Assembly (NCBI GenBank): GCA_951406725.2
Contig: OX597817.1
Coordinates: 13,206,001 to 13,270,000 of the forward strand
Source: Octopus vulgaris
Taxonomy: Eukaryota
DNA: 64,000 bases
Reading direction: 5' to 3'
The notes under the pieces are model-generated. The model saw only the letters and a list, made by a program, of their open reading frames with translations, was not told where the DNA came from and made no database searches. This document shows, in pieces, positions 27,705 through 39,747 of this stretch (its first letter is position 1; each line of letters opens with the position of its first letter). A program made the position numbers and the translations under genes.

Positions 27705-28285
27705 TGTATGTATCATCAACAGAGTTAAGATATACCTACATATACGTGCGTGTATGTATATATATATATATATATATATACATACACACACGTATATGTA
27801 GGTATGTATATATATATATATATATATGTACTACACACACACAAACATATATACATATAGACAGTATTTACACATGTACCTTCACACACACGCATTCACT
27901 CACATATTCAGACATATACACATACATATCAATAAACACGCTCTTACCATTAAAAACAACAAGTATCTCTCATACTTCTGGATAGTCAGAGACTGAACGT
28001 GTGAATGTTCTTGGTACTCCATTCTTATCTCTTTTATTCAGTTCTTTCTCCTTTTCCCTCGACATTTATCTGTGTATTCGACGAAGGACTATATCCGAAA
28101 CGTTATACCTTTACTCTATAACTTTCCCTTTATAACTGTTGTTTCTTGAGCGTCAACCTAATTAGTTGTGAGCGTCCCTTGGACTTTTAGCATTTGATTT
28201 TTGTTTATTCTTATTGATTTGTTCTGTTTGTCTGTCTGTCTGCCTCTCTCTCTCTCTCATTCTCTCTGCATATGTATGTATATAA

Positions 28286-28331
<46 letters not shown>

Positions 28332-28402
28332 ATTTCTGTACACACACACACATATATATAAACAGAAAGAGAGAGTAAAAGAGAACGTTTTCTTAAATAG
28401 TT

Positions 28403-28727
28403 TATGTATGTATGTTTGTATGTATGTATGTATGCATGCATGTATGTATGTATGTATGTATGTATGTATGTATGTATGTATGTATGTATGTATGCATGTA
28501 TGTATGTATGTATGTATGTATGTATGTATGTATGTATGCATGCATGCATGAATGTATGTATGTATGTATGTATGTATGTATGTATGTATGTATGTATGTA
28601 TGTATGTATGCATGAATGTATGTATGTATGTATGTATGTATGTATGCATGCATGCATGCATGTATGTATGTATGTATGTATGTATGTATGTATGTATGTA
28701 TGTATGTATGTATGTATGCATGCATGT
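28403..28727. repeat. (TATG)n microsatellite
   Basis: direct inspection. Confidence 0.95.
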
Positions 28728-29455
28728 ACATATATGTACACACATACACATATAATGTTAAATGGCGTGTTTAAAAGTTTAGAAAAGTAAAAAAATATCT
28801 AATTAATAGTACATACTACCCAGAATTTATTTTCGGCTGTGCACTCTATGATATGTGAAGACTATTATTCATACAAATGTTTATTAATAATGTCTTTATT
28901 GCTAAATAATTGTCAAGAATTATTATTATAAGTATGTAATTTGGCCGATGCTCAAAATTACGTCTACTTATCAAGCGACGTAGAAATTATCGCTTCGACG
29001 CCATTTTTAATGCATGACGTCACGATACTTTGGGTACAAGGCGAAACTGCACCCAAAACTTAACGGTGGAAGAAAAAAAAACATTTTTCAGTTAGTGATG
29101 TTCTGAATACAGACTTCGCTGGTGTCAGAGCTACTTGATGGTTCATGCGAGTAATTAATTTTTATGATGTACCTGCAGAAACGTTTTATGAATGCCAGGT
29201 TCTTTGTTTTCGTACCTCAATTTTCCAACACCTAAATTATTTTTCGTAGGCATATGCATGTTAGGCGTAGCCGGTGCAATCATTTTTCTTTTTGTGCAGT
29301 TCTTACTTCACATTTGCAACGAGATATTTAGAATAATGCCTCGAAAGTGTCCTATTAAAAGTTTATCTACATACATACATCCATCCATACATACATACAT
29401 ACATACATACATACATACATACATACATACATACATACATACATACATACATACA

Positions 29456-30027
29456 TGGTTGCTGCCCCCTCGTTATCGAGTATGGCCATTGCACGAAGCT
29501 TAATCATTGTTGTTATCGTGCAATGCCTGTGCAAGAAGATTTTTTTAAAGTGAGGAAAGGCTGTGCACTGAGTCAATCCCACTCACAAAGCAACAGCAGT
29601 CACAATCCGAAAAGAAGAACGAGTCAACATCGTCGGTAACCACCGAGCCGCAGTTTTATATCGGAGTTATCCCAGTTACCTGAGTTACCTTCTCCTAGAA
29701 GGATGCCCTGACAAAGGCTAGGAGTCCTTCATTCCCAATGGCTTAACCGCGCGATCGGGTATTCAGTCCGATTATTTCTATGTCCCCGCGCATGATACAG
29801 CCTTAAGCCTTAAGAGAAAAAAAATACACATTTAACGGATGGCCGTTGACTCTCAAGATTTCCTCCACCCTTTGACGGGTTTTGTTTTTCATCCCGCAGG
29901 GTGTCCAATAAACACCCTCCTCACCAAGCAAGCTTGATGGGGTTGCCTGTTTAGTCGCCGACGACCCGACCATGCAACAAGTTGTACTGGGTTACATGTT
30001 ACCAGTAGCACTTGAAAGTGACCTGAC
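29456..30027 (-). mobile_element. non-coding RTE-derived element embedded in (CATA)n
   Basis: RTE 5'UTR-like motifs (gagggtgttt..acaccct, ctaggagaaggtaactc); related 5' copy at 61112-61340. Confidence 0.6.
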
Positions 30028-30101
30028 ATACATACATACATACATACATACATACATACATACATACATACATACATACATACATACATACATACATACA
30101 A

Positions 30102-30263
30102 GGCGCAGGAGTGGCTGTGTAGTAAGTAGCTTGCTAACCAACCACATGGTTCCGGGTCCAGTCCCACTGCGTGGCATCTTGGGCAAGTGTCTTCTGCTAT
30201 AGCCCCGGGCCGACCAATGCCCTGTGAGTGGATTTGGTAGACGGAAACTGAAAGAAGCTTGTC

Positions 30264-30329
<66 letters not shown>

Positions 30330-30556
30330 ATGTATGTATGTGTGTGTTTGTGTGTCTGTATTTGTCCCCCTAGCATTGCTTGACAACCGCTGCTGGTGTG
30401 TTTACGTCCCCGTAACTTAGCGGTTCGGCAATAGAGACCGATAGAATAAGTACTAGGCTTACAAAGAATAAGTCCCGGGGTCGATTTGCTCGACTAAAGG
30501 CGGTGCTCCAGCATGGCCACAGTCAAATGACTGAAACAAGTAAAAGAGTAAAGAGT
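30102..30556 (+). mobile_element. SINE family A
   Basis: full-length match. Confidence 0.9.
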
Positions 30557-30996
30557 ATACATACATACATACAAGTCCTGGAAGGGACGACATTACTGTT
30601 GTTTAACCCCAAGAAACATCGTTTCTAGTTGGCCACACGACGGACAGCCACATTATGTTGGCAAATAGCCTTTACTCTAAAGAACTGTTACTAAATGTCT
30701 CTCTTTGGGAGATTTAGAAACAATAATATTTCTATTTTTAGATCAGCGACTGTGTCACTTTGAAAACTATAAATTCGAACGGTGAATTCAGCAACGCCAT
30801 TTGGTCAAGCAGATATTCTTTGTTGATAAAGAGCAATAACCCAGAAACCAGTTCACAGATTTTGTTTTGTGCTAGGTGGGAGTGCTGAATTCTCTGTTTG
30901 AAGATATAAGGACACAGCTATTGTGTCGTGTAGCCAGCTAGAAACGATGTTTCTTGGGCCTAAACAACAGAATCGTCCTTTCCAGGACAGACACAT

Positions 30997-31001
<5 letters not shown>

Positions 31002-31058
<57 letters not shown>

Positions 31059-31067
31059 GCAGTAGTA

Positions 31068-31106
<39 letters not shown>

Positions 31107-31165
31107 GTAATAGTAATAGTAATAGTAATAATAATAATAATAGTAATAGTAATAGTAATAATAAT
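31002..31165. repeat. (AAT)n/(AATAGT)n microsatellite
   Basis: direct inspection. Confidence 0.95.
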
Positions 31166-31169
31166 GAGA

Positions 31170-31418
31170 TGACCACCTTCGGTCAGACACTGACCATGGG
31201 TTTGCACCTAGAGAGTTACCCTCTGAGGCACAAGTCTGGGCAAGGTTGTTTTTTATGGAAGACCAGCAGTCGCCCATGCATACCGGCCTCCCCTCTCCAC
31301 GTCACCGATGTTATCCAAGGGAAACACAAAGGTCGATACAGCTTGGCACCAGTGACGTCGCAACTCATTTCTACAGCTGAGTGAACTGGAGCAACGTGAA
31401 ATAAAGTGTCTTGCTCAA
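31170..31418 (-). mobile_element. SINE family E, 5'-truncated
   Basis: match to 25188-25535. Confidence 0.8.
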
Positions 31419-31444
31419 TAGTAATAATAATAATAATAATAATA

Positions 31445-31983
31445 GGCAGTGGCTCTCATGGCTTCTGATCTTAACTGATTGGAAGTGTTATCATGTACAT
31501 TGTTTTGTCTTGGTATAAAAGATGGGCAACAGCAAATATTCTGCTCAATACCACAGATTTGCTTGTCAGTTGTTTGACCTTAACCAGTTGAGCATGTCCC
31601 TTAGTGGCTGACGATATGTGCATCTCTGATCACGAGCAGAAGTAGTGGGGGAGCATCATAGCCATGTGTTGAGAGGGATTCTTTGGGGTTTGAATAATTC
31701 ACCTCTGGAAACATGGGTGGTTCTTTCAACATCCTTAAACAACCCTTATTCAGGGACCTTTTGAGCGGGATGGGCTACTCAACCTGAAGAAAATTCTAAC
31801 TGGGCCCCACCTGCAAGGTCATGTGCTGTTTATCTTGATATGAGATCACCATGTCGCGCACATATGGTTGTGGTGCATGTGCCTGGTGTACCCTTATCAG
31901 ACGGGTAGTCATGATGGGTATATTGGGCTTCGTATATTTTACCCCAGTGTCACTTTGATGGCATGCACTGCTCTCTCTCACTC
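31445..31983. mobile_element. unclassified GC-richer insertion flanked by (AAT)n
   Basis: sharp compositional boundaries with (AAT)n on both sides; no recognisable protein motif. Confidence 0.4.
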
Positions 31984-32643
31984 AATAATAATAATAATAA
32001 TAATAATGAAATTATTGTATACAGTGCTTGGGTGCACTACAACTTGTCAAAAGTGCGTATAAAGCATATGCAGTAATGCACAATTGTCTGGAAAGTGAAT
32101 AGGGTATGAGTCAGATACATGCTTGCGTGTGTATGGAGAAGAAAGGAAAGGAGGGTGACCTGAGTTCTATAATCACAGACATTTGTGCAAAATGGGGAGA
32201 TGTGGGAAAGTTTTGTGGGAAAATGTCACTCTGATACACTGGTACCAAATAGAGCAGTAAACCTTTTCAATGACAATGTCATGTCCCATTTTAGAAACAT
32301 CTTGCAACGCAAGCAAAACAACTAACGTTGGACAGGTTTATATATATATATATATATATATAATTAATTAATAAGGGTGAGAGAATTAGATACTAATTTA
32401 ATAGTATATTTATTCAACACCAAGTGGCCTAGTGCTCCGAGAAACCTGGATTATTATAATATTTTATAACATATTATAATATTTTTACAAAATAAATATA
32501 AGAGAGTGGTCACTATATTGCTCACTCTAGCACCAGTTAATCCAAAAGGTTTCAACCACGAAAATACATGTTTCCCATGAAAGTCAGTACGATTGTTAGC
32601 TCACACGGACAGGGCAAATAAAAAATAACAAAACTACAGATTA

Positions 32644-32728
32644 TTTTGGGACAATTGTTTCGCTATTAATGAATTTAAATGTAATTTTACTTACAAAAAA
32701 AAATCCATTTGTAGCTCGTCAGCCAAAA
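32644..32728 (-). ncRNA. type I hammerhead ribozyme, array unit 1
   Basis: uuuugg CUGACGA gcua...uagc GAAAC AAUU GUC ccaaaa; complete core, stems I and II pair. Confidence 0.85.
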
Positions 32729-33181
32729 CTATCTGGATGAAATCCACTCAATCACACGCCAGATTTTACCATAACGATAAATACGCGTGTGGTTCAATTG
32801 ATTACATCCGACGTTATAATTCAAATGCCCCAACCAACAGCGCGCCAAACTTTCACGGAAAACAAATACAGCATTTAGAAATAAATGCAGCATAATTATA
32901 ATTAATTAATAAGGGTGAGAGAATTAGATACTAATTTAATAGTATATTTATTCAACACCAAGTGGCCTAGTGCTCCGAGAAACCTGGATTATTATAATAT
33001 TTTATAACATATTATAATATTTTTACAAAATAAATATAAGAGAGTGGTCACTATATTGCTCACTCTAGCACCAGTTAATCCAAAAGGTTTCAACCACGAA
33101 AATACATGTTTCCCATGAAAGTCAGTACGATTGTTAGCTCACACGGACAGGGCAAATAAAAAATAACAAAAATACAGATTA

Positions 33182-33265
33182 TTTTGGGACAATTGTTTCG
33201 CTATTAATGAATTAAATGTAATTTTACTTACAAAAAAAAATCCATTTGTAGCTCGTCAGCCAAAA
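33182..33265 (-). ncRNA. type I hammerhead ribozyme, array unit 2
   Basis: same core and stems as unit 1. Confidence 0.85.
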
Positions 33266-33717
33266 CTATCTGGATGAAATCCACTCAATCACACGCCAGA
33301 TTTTACCATAACGATAAATACGCGTGTGGTTCAATTGATTACATCCGACGTTATAATTCAAATGCCCCAACCAACAGCGCGCCAAACTTTCACGGAAAAC
33401 AAATACAGCATTTAGAAATAAATGCAGCATAATTATAATTAATTAATAAGGGTGAGAGAATTAGATACTAATTTAATAGTATATTTATTCAACACCAAGT
33501 GGCCTAGTGCTCGAGAAACCTGGATTATTATAATATTTTATAACATATTATAATATTTTTACAAAATAAATATAAGAGAGTGGTCACTATATTGCTCACT
33601 CTAGCACCAGTTAATCCAAAAGGTTTCAACCACGAAAATACATGTTTCCCATGAAAGTCAGTACGATTGTTAGCTCACACGGACAGGGCAAATAAAAAAT
33701 AACAAAAATACAGATTA

Positions 33718-33803
33718 TTTTGGGACAATTGTTTCGCTATTAATGAATTAAATGTAATTTTACTTACAAAAAAAAAAATCCATTTGTAGCTCGTCAGCCA
33801 AAA
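33718..33803 (-). ncRNA. type I hammerhead ribozyme, array unit 3
   Basis: same core and stems as unit 1. Confidence 0.85.
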
Positions 33804-34256
33804 CTATCTGGATGAAATCCACTCAATCACACGCCAGATTTTACCATAACGATAAATACGCGTGTGGTTCAATTGATTACATCCGACGTTATAATTCAAA
33901 TGCCCCAACCAACAGCGCGCCAAACTTTCACGGAAAACAAATACAGCATTTAGAAATAAATGCAGCATAATTATAATTAATTAATAAGGGTGAGAGAATT
34001 AGATACTAATTTAATAGTATATTTATTCAACACCAAGTGGCCTAGTGCTCCGAGAAACCTGGATTATTATAATATTTTATAACATATTATAATATTTTTA
34101 CAAAATAAATATAAGAGAGTGGTCACTATATTGCTCACTCTAGCACCAGTTAATCCAAAAGGTTTCAACCACGAAAATACATGTTTCCCATGAAAGTCAG
34201 TACGATTGTTAGCTCACACGGACAGGGCAAATAAAAAATAACAAAAATACAGATTA

Positions 34257-34340
34257 TTTTGGGACAATTGTTTCGCTATTAATGAATTAAATGTAATTTT
34301 ACTTACAAAAAAAAATCCATTTGTAGCTCGTCAGCCAAAA
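34257..34340 (-). ncRNA. type I hammerhead ribozyme, array unit 4
   Basis: same core and stems as unit 1. Confidence 0.85.
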
Positions 34341-34616
34341 CTATCTGGATGAAATCCACTCAATCACACGCCAGATTTTACCATAACGATAAATACGCGT
34401 GTGGTTCAATTGATTACATATATATATATATATAAAAGGGCTTAGTAAAATAAATTACTTTGCCGCATACTGAACTCATTAGAAATAGCAGCTAAAAAAA
34501 CTTTTTTAAAACTATCTCCAATACTTAAAGAAAACCTCTCTCATATAGTGTTTGCTCAATTCAACTCACGAAAGTATGGTGGTAGAGACATTAAAAAATC
34601 AAATGCAAAGGTTATT

Positions 34617-34669
34617 TGAGAACGTACGTTTCAAGATTAGTCAAAATCGACACTTCTATCATCAGCTCA
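34617..34669 (-). ncRNA. type I hammerhead motif of a second family, within a (TA)n-flanked segment ~34434-34905
   Basis: ugag CUGAUGA uaga...ucuu GAAAC GUAC GUU cuca. Confidence 0.7.
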
Positions 34670-35091
34670 GAACTCCCTGGTTTGGATTTGAAAACACTGA
34701 AAGTGGGAGCATACCCTTTCGGCCTGTTATCGCCTCTGAAGATCTGCTCAAAACTAACAGTGCTAGCAAATTCAAATATGCAAGCGAAGAATTTCTGCTC
34801 TCCCCTTTCCACCAGCGTGGGTTAAAATCAGCAAACACTATGCTTTTTTCGGTAAAATCCGAGGCATTATATAGAGAGAGATGAATTATAATTTCAATGT
34901 TGAAATTATATATATATATATATACATACACACACAAGAGTCAGTGCACATAAATGCGAAACAAGGTAGAAAAAATAGTACTAGAATACCAAAGATGGAG
35001 TAATACTCTTTTTTAAAAAGCAGCAAATGCTTTATATATATATATATATATATATGTATATACATATATATACATTATATATATATATATA

Positions 35092-35410
35092 TAGTGGTAC
35101 TCCGTCGGTTACGACGACAAGGGTTCCAGTTGATCTGATCAACGGAAGAGCCTACTCGTGAAATTAACGAACATGCGGCTGAGCACTCCACAGATACGTC
35201 CACCCTTCACGTAGTTCTAAGGGAGATTCAGCGTGACACATAGTGTGACAAGGCTGGCCCTTTGAAGTACATGTCCAACTCACTTTTACCAGCTGAGTCG
35301 ACTGGGGCAACGGGAAATAGAGTGTCTTGCTCGAGGACACAACGCGTCGTTGGGAATTGAACGCAGAACCTTACGATCACACACCCTAACCACTAAGCCA
35401 CGCGCCTTCA
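35092..35410 (-). mobile_element. SINE family D' copy (left arm of inverted pair)
   Basis: reverse complement of 35750-36076. Confidence 0.9.
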
Positions 35411-35436
35411 CACACACACACACACATATATATATG

Positions 35437-36287
<851 letters not shown>

Positions 36288-36428
36288 CATAATATAAATT
36301 ATTGAAATCATTAAAATCACTTCTTACAGCTGTTTCAGCCTATGGTTAAAAGTAGTTATTTTAATTTTTATTGTCTATAGTTGTCAATTATATTGAGGTT
36401 GTAGACACTTAAATATATATATATATAT

Positions 36429-36595
36429 ACTCTTTACTCTTTTACTTGTTTCAGTCATTTGACTGCGGCCATGCAGGAGCACCGCCTTTAGTCGAGCAAA
36501 TCGACCCCGGGACTTATTCTTTGTAAGCCCAGTACATATTCTATCGGTCCCTTTTGCCGAACCGGTTGTCAAGCAATGCACACAAACACACACAC

Positions 36596-36628
<33 letters not shown>

Positions 36629-36702
36629 TACATATATACGACTGGCTTCTTTCAGTTTCCGTCTACCAAATCCACTACTTACCACACAGCCACTCCTGCG
36701 CC
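36429..36702 (-). mobile_element. SINE family A with two internal deletions
   Basis: head and tail present, internal blocks missing. Confidence 0.85.
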
Positions 36703-37069
36703 TATATATTTCCTGGCACATACACATATATGTAATGGGACCAATTTGTTCGACCAAACCCTTCAAGTAAGTTAAATGCAAGACGTAGTTATATACGAGC
36801 GGCAAAGATAAAAATAAATTGGTTATTTGGCTAACATGGTTAACATATAAAGTCTTTTGTGGCTATTTGCTTTGACTTGGTGTCAAAATCAGAGCACGTG
36901 TTGCAGAGGTAGTGCAAATAGTGAAAAAAATTGCTATGGTGCACAAAGATGTGAAGTTGTTAGTTTGTAGTGAACAGATGTGGATGATGTCGATAAAGAA
37001 CTGCCAAAGAAGCTGATGTATGTACTGGAGGTGGCAGAATTTTGGCGTGAACTGAAATTGTTGTTATAT

Positions 37070-37393
37070 TAAAAGACTCCGCCGGTTACGACGACGAGGG
37101 TCCCAGCTGATACGATCAACGGAACAGCTTGCTCGTGAAATTAACGTGCAAATGGCTGAGCATTCCACAGACACGTGTACCCTTAACGTAGTTCTCGAGG
37201 ATAATCAGCGTGACACAGAGAGTGACAAGGCTGACCCTTTGAAATACAAGTACAACTCATTTTTGCCAGCTGAGTGGACTGGAGCAACGTGAAATAAAGT
37301 GTCTTGCTCAAGGACACAACGCGTCGCCGGGAATCGAACTCACAACCTTACGATCATGGGCCGAATGCCCTAACCACTAAACCACGCGCCCTC
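37070..37393 (-). mobile_element. SINE family D'
   Basis: TSD tgttgttatat; matches 35750-36076 with more divergence. Confidence 0.88.
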
Positions 37394-37449
37394 TGTTGTT
37401 ATATATCAGAATTAGCACAACCTATCGTTGCCGCAGCAGGTTAGCACAT

Positions 37450-37576
37450 GCTAGCCGATAGCGGACGGCTTGGAATTTCCATGCATTAAATTGCATGTTG
37501 TTTTCATCAGCCAATTCATATATAGCATCTAGGTCTTTCTGTAGAAGATTAGCATCGGAAGATTCCTTGACTGCTT
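37450..37576 (-). mobile_element. CR1/L2-type LINE RT fragment
   Basis: DANLLQKDLDAIYELADENNMQFNAWKFQ, a typical post-YADD motif. Confidence 0.75.
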
Positions 37577-37597
37577 GTATGTATGTATGTATGTATG

Positions 37598-37631
<34 letters not shown>

Positions 37632-37737
37632 TGTATGTATGTATGTATGTATGTATGTATGTATGTATGTATGTATGCATGCATGTATGTATGTATGTAT
37701 GTATGTATGTATGTATGTATGCATGCATGTATGTATG

Positions 37738-37771
<34 letters not shown>

Positions 37772-38501
37772 TGTATGTATGTATGTATGTATGTATGTAT
37801 GTATGTATGTATGTATGTATGTATGTATGTATGTATGTATGTATGTATGTATGTATGTATGTATGTATGTATGCATGCATGTATGTATGTATGTATGTAT
37901 GTATGCATGTATGTATGTATGTATGTATGTATGTATGTATGTATGTATGTATGCATGCATGCATGTATGTATGTATGTATGCATGCATGTATGTATGTAT
38001 GTATGTATGTATGTATGTATGTATGTATGTATGTATGTATGTATGCATGTATGTATGTATGTATGTATGTATGTATGTATGTATGTATGTATGTATGTAT
38101 GTATGTATGTATGTATGCATGTATGTATGTATGTATGTATGTATGTATGTATGTATGTATGTATGTATGTATGTATGTATGTATGTATGTATGTATGTAT
38201 GTATGTATGTATGTATGTATGTATGTATGTATGTATGTATGTATGTATGTATGTATGTATGTATGTATGTATGTATGCATGTATGTATGTATGTATGTAT
38301 GTATGTATGTATGTATGTATGTATGTATGTATGTATGTATGTATGTATGTATGTATGTATGTATGTATGCATGTATGTATGTATGCATGTATGTATGTAT
38401 GTATGCATGTATGTATGTATGTATGTATGTATGTATGTATGTATGTATGTATGCATGTATGTATGTATGCATGTATGTATGTATGTATGTATGTATGTAT
38501 G

Positions 38502-38533
<32 letters not shown>

Positions 38534-38700
38534 CATGTATGTATGTATGTATGTATGCATGTATGTATGTATGTATGTATGTATGTATGTATGCATGTAT
38601 GTATGTATGTATGTATGTATGTATGTATGTATGTATGTATGTATGTAGGCATGTATGTATGTATGTATGCATGTATGTATGTATGTATGTAGGTATGTAT
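37577..38700. repeat. ~1.1-kb (TATG)n microsatellite with CATG variants
   Basis: direct inspection; source of the 350-450 aa pseudo-ORFs. Confidence 0.97.
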
Positions 38701-38935
38701 GGCGGCGAGCTGGCAGAAACGTTAGCACGCCGGGCGAAATGCTTAGTGGTATTTCGTCTGCGTTACGTTGTGAGTTCAAATTCCGCCGAGGTCAACTTTG
38801 CCTTTCATCCTTTCGTGGTCGATAAATTAAGTACCAGTTATGCACTGGGGTCGATGTAATTGACTTAATACCTATGTCTGTCCTTGTTTGTCCCCTCTGT
38901 GTTTAGCCCCTTGTGGGTAATAAAGAAATAGGTAT
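38701..38935 (+). mobile_element. SINE family C
   Basis: ggcggcgagctggcagaa...gagttcaaattcc...taataaagaaataggt. Confidence 0.88.
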
Positions 38936-39116
38936 GTATACCATTACCGGGACTACCCAATTTTCGTCTGCGATTGATATATATTTGTGTTATTTAATAC
39001 TGTATGTCCATAAGGGGTAGCATCTCAGGACGAATACACACATACACACACATACATAACATATGCATGTGTGCACATATATATATATATTTCTCTCCTT
39101 GTTTTTTGCTGTGTCC

Positions 39117-39152
39117 CTTTCTGTAGAAGAGCGTAGGCTCGAAACGTAAAAG
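39117..39152 (+). ncRNA. minimal hammerhead-like motif (variant core) in a 150-bp (TA)n-flanked element
   Basis: cttt CTGTAGAA gagc-gtag-gctc GAAAC GTA aaag. Confidence 0.5.
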
Positions 39153-39239
39153 ACTTTTTCAATTCCTGAGCGTTATACTAACACATCTGTTTGTTTTGCA
39201 CACCACCTGTCTTCGTCTTTTGTTTTTTTCGTGAAGTCT

Positions 39240-39315
<76 letters not shown>

Positions 39316-39316
<1 letters not shown>

Positions 39317-39490
39317 GTGTAGCAGTGGCTGTGTGGTAAGTAGCTTGCTTACCAACCACATGGTTCCGGGTTCAGTCCCACTGCGTGGCACCTAGGGCAA
39401 GTGTCTTCTACTATAGCCTCAGACCGACCAAAGCCTTGTGAGTGGATTTGGTAGACGGAAACTGAAAGAAGCCCGTCGCATATATGTATG

Positions 39491-39523
<33 letters not shown>

Positions 39524-39703
39524 GTGTATATGTTTGTGTATCTGTGTTTGTCCCCCCAACATCGCTTGACAACCGATAGAATAAGTACTAGGCTTATAAT
39601 GAATAGTCCAGGGGTCGATTTGCTCGACTAAAGGCGGTGCTCCAGCATGGCCACAGTCAAATGACTGAAACAAGTAAAAGAGTAAAAGAGTAAAAAAAGA
39701 GTA
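39316..39703 (+). mobile_element. SINE family A
   Basis: head and tail match; diverged copy at ~40220-40590. Confidence 0.88.
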
Positions 39704-39705
39704 AG

Positions 39706-39747
<42 letters not shown>

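Larger units (their letters stand above)
32361..34419 (-). repeat. tandem array of ~538-bp units (~3.8 copies), retrozyme-like
   Basis: unit marker aagggtgagagaattag at 32373, 32911, 33448 and 33986; near-identical units; (TA)n on both flanks; no ORF in the track. Confidence 0.95.

Noticed and set aside
29890-29950. twister ribozyme (AAGC loop followed by GAGGAGGG on the minus strand)
   Set aside because: No UAA cleavage loop or P1/P2 pairing could be placed; the adjacent HDV-like fold fits better
31920-31983. HDV-like fold at the end of the (AAT)n-flanked insertion
   Set aside because: P1-like pairing is present but no consistent P2/P3 could be found
32361-34419. CRISPR array or plain satellite
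   Set aside because: No repeat-spacer alternation and the context is eukaryotic; whole units repeat and carry a ribozyme core
37422-38859. 350-450 aa ORFs (MYVC/HTYI repeats)
   Set aside because: Translations of a stop-free (TATG)n microsatellite; the same applies to the YI, HT, poly-N/I/L/Y ORFs elsewhere
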